From: Asterionella formosa
Lineage: Eukaryota
Length of the DNA: 33,633 nt
Assembly: GCA_002256025.1 (NCBI GenBank)
Contig: NKIB01000328.1
Location: 1 to 33,633 of the forward strand
Direction of reading: 5' to 3'
Position numbers and translations under genes: made by a program
Part shown: positions 20,739 to 32,444 of the stretch, piece after piece
Layout of the letters: every line of letters begins with the position of its first letter
Numbering within the stretch: the first letter of the stretch is position 1
The notes under the pieces: generated by a model
Seen by the model: only the letters and a program-made list of their open reading frames with translations
What the model was told of the DNA's origin: nothing
Databases searched by the model: none

Positions 20739-22678
20739 ATGACTGTAAGTCAGGACTGCTTCGTAGAGTTTATGTTCTTGCGTGTTTCAATACCTTGTGT
20801 TCTGCCCTTGACTGTCACATGCTAATCTCCATTCCCTGAAACAGGCAACAAGTAGCCCTGATATCCTTGATGTCGATTCTCACCTTCAGCAAGATAATTG
20901 GGAAGTAGGGTGGAGCCTTTGGATGTCTTCGAGGGATGCACGTGGGACCGGTTCTGCAATCGATGCTCCGAAATTACGGATGTGGATCAAGCGGCAGCAA
21001 CGCGATTATGCCCGTTGGCGAAAAGGGGAACCCACTTTTCTCAGTGACGATGGGTTTCGTCTTTTAACAAAGATGGGATTCGAGTGGGTTGATAAGGAAA
21101 CAATTCCCCTCGTAGAATGTTCATCGTCGACTCAACAAGGGAAGTCATTGAAACGGGCACACTCTGCAGTGGGAAAATTGGAAGAAAGTACACTCAAACG
21201 GAAACCTGCGACACTCAGTAAGTATAATTCACAACCAACAGATCCAAATGATCTAATTACATCGTCAGATCGTAAAGATCCTGGAAGCACCCACGTCAAG
21301 CTCTGCGGAAGCGATTTAATGAAATCTGACTCACCTCCAACTAAAACTAAAGTGGCGTTTGGTGACCAGAAGGAAAAGCGACTAACCGAACATCCACCAC
21401 GAAATGCTAATGAAGAAAAGTCTTGGGAAAGCTTTTACGATGAACTTAAGTTGCTCATTGCTTCAGGGAGTGACATTTCATCAGAGGTTAATCGTCCTCT
21501 TCGTGATTGGGCCATCCAGCAGTTTGATGAGTATGAAAATCACATGTATAGTCGCCCCACAAAGCTCTCTTTGCGTGAATTTGAGTTGCTCCAGAAAATC
21601 AATTTTGAACACTCGACAGTCATCAGTGATGCTGACATCGCGGAATGGAATGAAAACTACGGAAATCTACTCCAGTTTTTGACGAATCACGATTCCCTAA
21701 TGAATGCACGCCCAGAGTCAAAGTTAGGCATATGGGTGGCAACATTACGGAATCATTTTGGTTATTACATTAATGGAACTGGCGGGTGCTTAACTAAAGA
21801 ACGTGTCAATCTGTTGCGTGACATTAATTTTGACTTTTCTGTACCGCGACAAAGAAAGCAACCAGAAAGGTTTGTTGCTAATCCTGGTATCAAGAAAAAA
21901 TCTAAGGAATCTCGGGATAAAGATCTTAAGAATACGTGGACGACTAGGAAGCATCACTGCATTGAGAAAAGTGTGAATGATGATGTAAATGAGGACAGTT
22001 ATGTTGATGAAGGGTGTGACCGTGATTCAGAACAAGGCTTTTCTGTACAGCGACAGGGAAAGCAGCCAGAGAGGTTTGTTGCAAATCCTGGACACATTAA
22101 AGGGACTAAGAAATCTCGGGATAAAGATACTTTCTGGACGACTAGGAATCGTCACTCCATTAAGAACAATGTGGACGATGATATATCTGTTGAAAGTTAT
22201 GTTGATGAAGGATGTGTGAGAGAAAAAAAGAAACGAGAATTGGAACTTGAGCACAAAAGCTTAGAAATATCCATAGCACAAGAACTTGATGATGATATTG
22301 ATGAAGAAACATATGAACGACTTATAAATGCCATGGAACCTCAGGTAGCAGGACCAGGTGTACCGGCAGTTCTTGCCAAATCTAACAAAATGTGGCAGGG
22401 ACGTTTTGAGGAATTGGTGCAATTTAGAAAGCAATTCAAGCATGCCCACACCAGTGTCTATCTCAACAATGTGAGTATTATCTCTATATTCAATTGGCTT
22501 TGATTTCTTCTACTACTCACTTGCTTTTGTTCAATTGATCCTGTCCTTATTGCAGGGTTTACACTGTTGGCTTAATCGAATGAAAAAGATGGACGAGGAA
22601 GGCAAGCTGACAACGAACAGGCTGGAAAGGTTGAAAGCTTTGGGTTGCAAATGGACCTCTGACCTTTCTGATGTTTAA
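20739..22678 (+). CDS. HA-repeat protein with four HA domains, paralog of 7035-10205; exons 20739-20744, 20845-22470, 22556-22678, ~584 aa
   Basis: Four HA-like repeats. Intron 20745-20844 (GTAAGT..GCTAAT..AAACAG) and intron 22471-22555 (GTGAGT..TTGCAG) are both phase 0. The last exon, GLHCWLNRMKKMDEEGKLTTNRLERLKALGCKW, completes the fourth repeat. Confidence 0.85.
21835..22216 (+). repeat. Intragenic in-frame duplication (period 204 bp, 68 aa)
   Basis: FSVPRQRKQPERFVANPG..SRDKD..WTTR.H.I..SYVDEGC is repeated as FSVQRQGKQPERFVANPG..SRDKD..WTTR.H.I..SYVDEGC. Confidence 0.92.
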
Positions 22679-23310
22679 TTTGCCAAATATTATATTCAAT
22701 GGGAGTACTTAATTGGATTCATCATGGAAAGGTTCCGATGACAAGTATATGGCTTCACCATCGTGATTTACCAACTATGCGAGTTTATTCTTTAAACCAT
22801 TTTCTGTTCCTATTCATGACCCTTGTTTTTAGTGAAATGCAACATAATAGTTCATTTATGCCCCTCCCCCCCTCACAATAATCACAATGATAAGGTAGAC
22901 AGCTGAAATTCTTGAATGACCTAGCAAGCATTCAATGATCCAATCCAACATTTTTGCAGTAGAGGAAGTGAAAGACGCCATAAAAGGCTTTCTGTGTCAA
23001 CCATTCAGACCAGCTTGTACACATGGAAATCCAAAATTCAGGTAAGCATGCAAACTTCCAGGACTTCTCAAGGACATGCCCTCAATTTGCTATGGTAAAT
23101 CCATCTATGGCTTCAAGATGTTCCAAATCAAATTAACCTTGTTGTATCAGCCATTACTTCCAAAGTGCCTTGGTATAGGGAGACCAGCTCACCTGTCATA
23201 ACTAGTTTCTTTCATGACTGCTGCCACCCACCACTCCAGATGTGTTGACTGCATACAGCTACCAGTATTGGAGGTGTACCCCTTTATAATTTTATAGTTT
23301 AGACTTATGA

Positions 23311-25343
23311 AGGGCGCACAAAGTTGATTATATGATGGACAGATATGTACGCATCAGTTTTGAAGGCATTTCGGAATTAATTAATATTCAAAATTAGAAC
23401 TTTTTATGTTTTTTTCAACATTTGTGGAATGCACACGGACTACCGTACTAGTTGCTGGAAGCAGCCTGTGTGGATTCCTGTGAATTTAATTGCATCTGAC
23501 CAATTGTACCTGGTACCAGTTACCTGTTACTCCGGAGTCGTACCAGGTACAGTTCATCCACAGTGTTTAATACTATATACAACATAGCTATAAATTAGCC
23601 ATAAAAGTTTTGCAACGTAGCTATACTCACAAGCTCTACCAGAGTAGATGCCTTATAACTAAATGGAACTGACATGCAAGGATAGTGCAACAATAGGCAC
23701 TAATCCAGAGTCATGATTCAGTATATCATAGACATCTAGGACCAACACTTAGCCAAGTGAGAGGCATTACCTCTTCAGACCGCTAACTAGCTACATGTCT
23801 GATCTCAACGTAGGGTCTCATACTACATTGATTCCCAAATGGTTAAAGGATCATCTAGACTAAGCTAAGACTTGTGCTCTAGTAAATAGTAACCATTAGT
23901 AATTTACTTCGAAGTCAGGATTAAAGCCGACATAGAGCAATAATAACTCATCATCCCCAATGTCTCACACATGCGCATTCATGAGCGAAATGACTCTAGA
24001 AGGGTTCCTGATCGACCTATGGCATCACCTTTCCAAGACTAGCTCAAGACAGAAAGCAATATAGTTTAACAACAATTAGTTCACTCTATTTATATTTCCT
24101 GAACACGCTTGAACTGATCTCCAAGTAGCATAGGGCAGTGGATCAACCAACTCATTCAGTTGTTCATTCTGTCAACAATGTCCAGCACCTCTTTGGTACG
24201 CCCCAGATCCTCTCTTACTAGTGATAAATCTTTATCAGTATCAGATTGCCCCGCATTCCACAGACAACATCGATCGCTCCTGTTTGCCATTTGAGTATCG
24301 ACTCTACTCTGACCTTGCTTTGAGCAGCTGACAATTAAGGGGTTAAGAAGTGCACTGAATAGAAGGCATGATTCTGCGACAAGCGCATTCATCTATCTCT
24401 ATATTCTTTGGTGTTCATCAAATGCTCTTCTGCTGAAAGCTGCAAGTGTCTAAAAATGGATGTGGCTCTGTTTTCCCAAATCACCTCGAAGAAGTTCCCA
24501 TTGCCAATCCCGGACCCACTGATACCTGGTCACTTTGTCCTATTTCTTTTGTATATGGGAAACCATTTATTCATCATTCATCCCATCAATTGAAAATGCT
24601 GGCTCCTAGGTGATTGAGGATTTGCAATCTTACACAGCTGCATGAGCTTGGGACTTCATCATCTGCTGCTGTTTGTTCCATACCTCGTGTAATTTACTCC
24701 AATCATATCATACAGGCATCAAACGAACTTCATGATTTAAAAAACTGAGTGTTATTTTACATGCACATCAACACGCATCAATATCAATACTGCACTGCAA
24801 TATCATAGTTCAGTTTTAGGGAGAGGCGACTGTAACTGTTTGACCATTTTCATGTGCTTATCCAGTGGAGTGGCAGCTTTTTGCATCCAAATTCATCAAA
24901 TAATCACCATGCGCATGGTGTGGAGTCTAGGTCAATGATGAAAATGGCTCAGGGATTCTAGAAAAATGCCAAAAAAGGCAGGGCAGCAGATAATGCCCCG
25001 GTGCAATGGCTACCAATGCATTGCATCATAAGAAGCATCAATTGTCCTAAATGGAGAACATGGGACATTCAGTTGTTTAATAAAATCAGTTAATAATAGA
25101 AAATGCAGCTAATAGAAAATACAATACAAAAAAAATAAACAACAGGATTGCCATGCACCACCCTTGGTACAAGTTACACTTTGTGTGGAACATATTTTAC
25201 ATATTATATGGTGCCTATTACATTTGCACGGTATCATATTTTAAGTTTTGATGCTTGCTTTATGTATTGCCCACCGCACGCGCACATGCAATTTTGAGGC
25301 CAAAATCCCCGTCCATCATATCAGAATCGACTTTGTTCGCCCT
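23311..25343. mobile_element. ~2.0-kb non-autonomous TIR element with Harbinger-like GGGC termini and an eroded minus-strand ORF (~24156-24570)
   Basis: Left AGGGCGCACAAAGTTGATT---ATATGATGGAC (23311-23340) versus the reverse complement of 25311-25343, AGGGCGAACAAAGTCGATTCTGATATGATGGAC: 28/30 identical plus a 3-nt gap. The TSD is not cleanly resolved. Confidence 0.75.
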
Positions 25344-25769
25344 TAGCTATATTTACGGCGTCATCCGGCACCAGGTTTCACTGATCATTGTGAATACACA
25401 CAGTAGGGATATTTGAATATATTTATATTTACGCACTCATGATTTTATTTACGTACCGGTATATAAACATGTATATCATACAGACATACATCAGAAGTGT
25501 ACCGGGAAATTGCCAGGTAGGTAGCATTGTTGTGAATATGTTCCGGCAATATTTATAGCAGGAAGAATATGAAATTTCAACGTACAAAGCTGAGCCGATG
25601 TGCGTATGTGTGATGCATACTGTATGCGCTGAGCGAGCATGACTTTCTTGCATCTCGGACACAAGCCAAGGAAAAGCAAAGTGCACAACATTCAATAACA
25701 TTTTTGCTCTCCCCTTTCGTTGAACAGCCCAGAGCTAAGTGCTCACTAACGTTCATTCACACCAACACC

Positions 25770-26754
25770 ATGATGCGCTCTCTTTTGTCGTCCCGAGTAG
25801 CCCGATTGGCAGCAGCCCCGGCGGGAGCGGCAACAGCCATCACTACGACTTCATTCTTTCTCGGCGAAAAATCCGTTTCGACTGCGTCCAATCGGCTCGT
25901 TCAAAAGTCACTCCACAATGGACTTCAACTGCAACAACGACGAGCCTTTTCTGATCCGGTTAAGATCGCTGGAGATTCCACAACCGCTAGATTTAAGTCT
26001 ACCTCAACCGTGGCAAATCTTCAAAAGGGCGTAGAACGACAATCGTTTGTGGACTGGTATGAGATGCACCTTCACGCATCTCCCATTAAAACAAAGATGG
26101 TAACAGGCGGCATTCTATGGGGTGTAGGCGATGCGGTTGCCCAAGGCGTGCCGGTCATGATGCAGAAAAATGCGTCTACCGTGCCGTTTGAATACGACTG
26201 GGTGCGCACAGGCAGAGCTGCCTTTTATGGTTTTGCTATTCATGCTCCGCTCTCGCATTTGCATTATAACTTTTTGGAATATCTCACGATCAAAGCGGGA
26301 GTCAAAGGTCTAGGCATTACAATTTTCAAGACTTTTATGGAGCAGGTACGTTCTTGTCAGCTTTTCAGTTGTATTGTGTGCTCCTTTTTATTGTTGAGCA
26401 TATCTGACCAATGAAAACTCCGATTTCGAATGGTCCCCTCAGTTTGTCTATTGGAGTTGGATTTCAAACTCATTATATCACGGTGCCATGGGGGCTATGC
26501 AAGGATTGTCTTCCAAGGATATTGTCGATCGTATCAACGATGTCCTCTGGGACACACAGAAAGCTCAGTGGATCTTTTGGATTCCTGTCCAACTCATCAA
26601 TTTTCGATTCGTACCAGTCCGTCACAATTTGAATGTTACCCTCGTGGTTTCTATAGTGTGGACTGCTCTGTTGAGTGCATGGTACCCACCAGAGGAACCT
26701 GGAAAGGTGAAGGAGGAAATGGAGAAGAAGAAGGAAGCGAATCACGAAGCGTAA
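25770..26754 (+). CDS. Mpv17/PMP22 family membrane protein, probably mitochondrial; exons 25770-26345 and 26443-26754, ~295 aa
   Basis: WYEMHLHASPIKTKMVTGGILWGVGDAVAQ, YDWVRTGR, KTFMEQ|FVYW and WIFWIPVQLINFRFVP..WTALLS. Intron 26346-26442 (GTACGT..CTCAG) is phase 0. The N-terminus is an Arg/Ser-rich presequence (MMRSLLSSRVARL...RRAFS). Confidence 0.92.
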
Positions 26755-27497
26755 CTTAGCTCCAATCCACCCACTTTATTTCTCTTGCTTCCCCATCCTT
26801 GACGTGTGCGACACGGAGCGTTTCTTCCAAATCAACATCAGACGTCACAATATGCTTTCTTTAGTTTAGATCCTGCACGTTTTGGGATTGGTTGTGTTTT
26901 TGCTGCTGGTATGCTTGCCACTTCTACAGGTTTTGTTTCATTAACATCTCTATCAATTTTACATTGCATTGATATTTACATTTTTTGGAGCGCCACCAAG
27001 TTCAATTCAAAAAAGTCTCATTTAAATAGAGTGCTTTCAGAAATGCTGTCAATTAGTTTTGTTTCTTTGGTGCTTCCACAGGAATCCAGTCCTCGTCGTG
27101 GTGTTTTGTTTTGTTCATCGTAGAGTACTCGGGCCGTAGCATACCGGTCTCCTATTGTGTTTTTCGATTCCATACAAGGGATGACACAAAATACCAGGGT
27201 GTGCTGGGAATGAGAGTTGAACATACATATATCATAGGACGAGCGAAAAATTCATCCAGCTTATGGCCAAGACGTGAGTTGAAAGAAATTGTAGTCTACT
27301 ATAATAAAGCAGCAGTCGATATCACATGCAAGTTCTTAATCATACTTTTGGAACTATGTATAGGATTATTTATGATGGTTGTAGACATGGATCAAGCGGA
27401 CACATCATATCTGCGTTTGAAACACAGTAACGGAAGTATAACGTGAAGAAAACGATGAGGACTTATTTTATGGGCGTGTTCGCCAAACAGGGGCGCA

Positions 27498-28484
27498 TTA
27501 TTCAGACTCATTTTCCGGCTCGTATTTATCAATCAGTACATTCTGAACAAATTCCCTTGCCGCATCGATGCACATCGATACAGACGATCTCAGTATTCGC
27601 TTTCCCTCTGCTCGTGTCAATAACGGTATTTTCCCATGTACTTCGAGGATCTCCTCGCATAATCGCCTCGCCAATTTGCCCAATTTCAAGCCATCTGGTT
27701 CCTCCATCCCCTCTCGTGCCATCCATCGTAGCAACCTTCGGACGAAAAGATTACTATTGCTGCATCTTGCCAATGCGGGAAACAGCGCTTTCCCGTAGGT
27801 GTTATCCACCATTTCATTCAACAACCCCACCGGCCCATTTAACATAGTTTGGATATATACACCTTCCTGCTGATCCGGCGTGAAGTCAGTCTCGTAAAAC
27901 TGATGTAATTCGTCTACAACATGAGCTTCCTCTTCTGGTCCGATCCAAGGAGCGCAAGCCATTGTATTGATCAATATTTCCAACGCCATGGGATCGGCCT
28001 CCAATAAGGCAAACAAAACAGCTTCGTGCTTTCCTTCTCGGCACATGCCATAAAGTGCCAAAACCCCTGCCAGGTGTTCCATTTGATCTGAAGCACAAGC
28101 TACAAAGTTATATTGTCCTAATCTCATAAAGGCCATGCCAGCTTCGCCCATTAGCATCGTTTCTGGTGGTGAATAGGTACTGGTGGATCGGACCAATAGA
28201 TCTGACAACGTCACAGCCTTTTCCCATGGCGAATGAGTTGCCATAGTGATGCCTCTGTGGTTAGAAGTGGGCAAGGGCCGACGCTCTAATCGCATCAAGT
28301 TCGATTCCTTGATGCCACTGAGATTGGCTCGAGCATTGTTTTGAACTCGGCATTTCCATCGATTCAATTCTGCATCCCACGCAACCAGAATGGCAGGTTG
28401 ATGATTTAAGGATTGGCCCGCATCGGATGCAAGACCCACAACGCAAACCACCTGGCCAATTTGAAAAGAAGACGACACGGGCAT
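27498..28484 (-). CDS. Hypothetical protein (~328 aa) with an N-terminal SH3-like beta-barrel of a type common in algae and a helical C-terminal region
   Basis: Uninterrupted ORF from the ATG at 28484. The N-terminus GQVVCVVGLASDAGQSLNHQPAILVAWDAELNRWKCRV...IKESNL fits the G..V...GL.S..G..LN...A....D....RW.....K..NL pattern. Confidence 0.75.
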   Translation of the reverse strand: MPVSSSFQIGQVVCVVGLASDAGQSLNHQPAILVAWDAELNRWKCRVQNNARANLSGIKESNLMRLERRPLPTSNHRGITMATHSPWEKAVTLSDLLVRSTSTYSPPETMLMGEAGMAFMRLGQYNFVACASDQMEHLAGVLALYGMCREGKHEAVLFALLEADPMALEILINTMACAPWIGPEEEAHVVDELHQFYETDFTPDQQEGVYIQTMLNGPVGLLNEMVDNTYGKALFPALARCSNSNLFVRRLLRWMAREGMEEPDGLKLGKLARRLCEEILEVHGKIPLLTRAEGKRILRSSVSMCIDAAREFVQNVLIDKYEPENESE

Positions 28485-28546
28485 GCTCAAACTGGACTGG
28501 CACTGCACCGGTGCCTGATGGTACCATTGTGAGTATTACTCCAAAC

Positions 28547-29197
28547 ATGATTATTTGGCGCGCTCTGATAAAGAAATATTCCATACCGTATCACTATTCA
28601 GCCAAATATGTAAAGGCGGAGATTAATAAAGCCAACCGTACTACATGGTACAATTCTACAGAGACGATCGCGAATAAGCTACGGAGACTTCCGGGTCCCG
28701 ATAGTCAGTTAATAATTAGTAAAAAGACTGCTAATCTGACAATCGGCAAACCACCTCCAAAAACGATAGCAGAAGGACTGTGGAATGCAACCAAAGGTCT
28801 CCACCAGAATCCAAGGGAAACACTGCAGGGTATGGGAATGGTTTGTACAAAGTTCAATGCATGGAAATGCAAAGTTCGGGGTATTATTCCACGAAACTTG
28901 GACTTCGGGGTGCAATCGGGGGTTTTGATCATGGATAAACTGGAAATTTTACAGCAGCTAATGGTCAAAGCGGATAGCTCAATTAGCCTCCTTTCACTGG
29001 AGAAAAGAACAGACTCCAAATTACCTTCCACAGTAATCCATATCCCCCAAGGCAGTTCAGCAACAGTTCATAAAAGTAGCAGACGGGGGATCAAAGAGAA
29101 CCTATATAGATGCGTATTATACAAAAATATTGTTACTTTAGTCCAAAATTTATGTGGGTTTATAAATAATTTATGGAAGTTGTCGAAACTATTTTAG
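28547..29197 (+). other. Basic ORF of unknown status, possibly a retroelement-derived fragment
   Basis: 216 open codons from the ATG at 28547, only about 60 bp from the divergent gene's start. No firm motif was found, and the 3' part runs into AT-rich sequence. Confidence 0.3.
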
Positions 29198-29379
29198 TTC
29201 ACTCCTATCAAAACATTCTATGATGCATCACATCTTTTATTTGATGTCATACCCTTATATTATGTTTGTAGCCCAATTTTTCCTAGTGGGCTGGCCACCC
29301 AAATTTTTAATTTGGGTGATCATATTTGACTAGCATTTTTTCTGGCGGCAGTACCAATAATTGGCGTTGTAGATGTGTT

Positions 29380-31090
29380 AAGTCACTCTCTTCCTACAAA
29401 AAGATCAAGAAAAAGGTATTGAACCATTTTCAGGAGCAACGAATGTATGTTGATGAATATTCTATGCAGAGTTTAGACGAGGTGCAAGTCGGATGGCTAT
29501 TTGGCAAAAGCAGTTTTGCGGTGTCAGCAGATGGGACCAAGAAGTGGCTCGATTCTTTGTTGAGTCCATTGCTGATGTCCTGGACTTCCAAGTCAGAAGC
29601 CAAGGCATAAAGTATTCTCAATTTGGGATTGAGACAAAAACCTTTGCATATGTGATAAGCACTAGTCGAGACACATCCCAAGCCACCTATACAGCCATGA
29701 CAAAAATATTCCCCATCAGATCAGGAGATTACACTGTGGGTTTTGTTGGGTATCAGGCACAAAACTTTGCTGTCACACAGGACATGGATGTAAATCAATA
29801 TTATGTTCAACAAAAATGGCTGACGACCAAGCAAGCTCAGGACAAAATTGATGGCAGGGATCCAGGACATTGACACATCGCTAGTACTTCAGGGAGAAAC
29901 AACTGCATTTCGCCACTTCTTGATGGGAGCAGTCGACTCGACAGGCAACTGTCTCCTGTGTGACGCAGACTACACATTGACTGGAGTACCGATAATCATC
30001 TTCCCGACAGCACACGAAGCATTGGCATTGAAACATACAAGAGAATTCAACAAATTAATCCTGAAAGAATATTCAATGGCACCACTCCCCCTACATATTT
30101 TATGAAACAGGTACCCATCGGGGGAGCAAGAACTATCGAGGAAAATCAGCAGGTAAAAGTATTGCTCGCAAGATTCAAGAAGTCGGAAATACCAACTTCT
30201 ATCGCTGGTCAGCAGACGCAGTGGGCACAAACGAAGCTAGTCAACTGCCAAGGAATAGTGCGCAGGATCCAAGATACCCAAGAAAGAAGCCTGTTACATC
30301 CTCAGAGGTCACAGCAGCCATGGCCATTATAGAGCAACTAACTATGGAAACCGATGTGCAAACTGGCCTACAGGAGAGTCGACAGAAAGAGCTGCACACA
30401 CAAATAGCAACAACAGATGGACAACTGGCCAAACTCCACGTCTCTGCTTTGACATCCCAAGCCAGTTTAAATGAAGCAACGTTACTATCGCTCACTAAAA
30501 CCATGGAGAAATTGGTAGAAGCCTTGGATAAAGTAGGTGTAAATATTGATGAAGATTCAGTACATGAACAGGAAAAAGATAAACAAATTCAGAATAGCAC
30601 AACAGCAAAAGATGATACATCTTCGTCATCATCAGGTGACCAAGACACTCAACCAGAACGTGTGAAATACACAACAATGGATACTAGTGATGCCATGGAG
30701 GATTACAAGATAAGCCCAACATATACACAGTGGCGAATGGTAGCAGAACAGTGGTATTTGACAAGACAGGCAAGAAAAAAAGAGCTAAAAAGGGCGAGTC
30801 CAAACTACGGATGAAAAATAGTGAGGATATCTTTGCAGGGGGGGACTCTTCAGACAATGACAAAACCAGAATATCGTCCAACAAAATGGAATTCTTCTCA
30901 GAAAACTACGAGTTCAGACAGTGAACAGTCAGGAGAAGATTCAAGTCAGTCATCGACGATAGCACTGGTCAAAATCGGCAAACGCGCAAAGCAGATTCCG
31001 ATAGTAGTAGTAGCCAATTTGAGACAGACATGGACAATCATTTCATTGTTGCAAGACTTGATGGCTGCCCACAATAATCATCCTCTTGGC
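29380..31090 (+). pseudogene. Frameshifted long ORF, possibly ORF1 (gag-like) of a non-LTR retrotransposon
   Basis: Chain of overlapping plus-strand ORFs in shifting frames (SMQSLDEVQVGWLFGKS; GIQDIDTSLVLQGETTAFRHFLM; a coiled-coil-like segment; a low-complexity S/D/K tail). The family assignment is inference only, and no RT was seen. Confidence 0.5.
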
Positions 31091-31582
31091 AAATGCTTAT
31101 TGCGCTTGGTAGGCCTGCTTGCAGGCAGGAAGTCATTGAATAGTTGATGCAGGTTGAAATGCACAAGCTAAGCAAGTTAAGTAGTAAAGCATGTTTGATA
31201 ATATTAAATTTAATGTTTTTTCTTTTTTCTTTGTTTTGCTACTACTATATTATTTCCATTTGTCAGAAATCTTTCCCTTCTGTCCATCATGCCCACAGAC
31301 GTTGGCTTTACTCAGCAGAACCATGTTTAATGTTTGACAGCTTATCGCTCCAGCTTTCCCTTCTTCGAACAAAACTCCAATCAATTAGAATTTCATTTTC
31401 AATGAATCTGTCAGTAAACCCAAATATATTTTTTAATTATTGATTCAAGAACTCAATACCAGCTATATTGGTTTTCGTTTTGACAAGTGGATGCAACTTA
31501 AAATTGTATTGCATTTCTCGAGTTGAGCTGGCTGTCAGTGGACCAACAATGTATCTCGGTTTCAAATTTATGAATTAATAAA

Positions 31583-32100
31583 CTTCGTCATGATGATGAA
31601 ATTATCCTACAAATCAAAAAGGATAGTATGTTTTAAAGCCCATTCGAAATCCCCTATTTGCTTGTAGGCAAGTCTTTCATTGTGCTCAAACAACATATTC
31701 GCAGTTTAAATTATTTGACAAAAAGTTGAATTGTTTCATTGAGTTGAACTCTCAGCAGACCCAAACCGAGTCTCACTTTTTATATTTTAATCATTAGCCT
31801 TCATGATATGACCCTTGATTATCCAACATAACAAAGCTGTTTCAAACCTACTAGTTGATGCAGACCTAATTATTTTATTTGGTTCAACTCTCAGCAAAAC
31901 CAAATCGACTTTTGCTTTCCATATGAATCATTACTACTAGTCGTCATCACATAAAGATAGATTATCCTGTACAACAAACAGTATATATGCACTTTTCGAA
32001 TGAGTCGACAAACCTAACCGAACTGTTTGTTTTCGATTGAATGCTCATTGGATCCAAATTGAATTTCTCTTTCCATGTGAATTATCATTCTTCGTCATGA
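31583..32100. repeat. Degenerate direct repeats just inside the right long inverted repeat
   Basis: AACTCTCAGCA..CCAAA.CGA at 31747 and 31886 (139 bp apart). CTTCGTCATGA at ~31583 and ~32090. ATTATCC recurs three times. Confidence 0.55.
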
Positions 32101-32278
32101 CAATACTTTTTCAAACAAAGCTCAGCTCAAGTAGAATTGATTGTTTACATAATCTGTTAGCTATCCCCAAATTAGTTTTGCTTCACTTGTTTGCTTCCAG
32201 ACCGTATGAATTCCTCTTCTTCATTGTGACCATAGATTTTCTCCAACAACTCAAAACATAACAATAAAGTAGTCTACT

Positions 32279-32444
32279 GCCCTGGAATGACCGGTCAAGG
32301 TCTTTCTCACGCCACTCGTTTGCCTATTTTTCTGCTCTATATAAATTTTTAGTATTCTATTGTTTTCCTTTAGACATTCTTCCGACTACATCTAGCCTTC
32401 GGACACCTGTCGACATCAACAGCCTAACAGACACATTCTGACAC
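32279..32444 (-). repeat. Long inverted repeat, right copy (partner at 20188-20349)
   Basis: The reverse complement aligns with 20188-20349 over about 160 bp, including a 35-bp perfect core. Confidence 0.95.

Noticed and set aside
22890..23200. Possible C-terminal fragment of a non-LTR ORF2 on the plus strand
   Set aside because: Too many stops and no complete CCHC motif to support a call.
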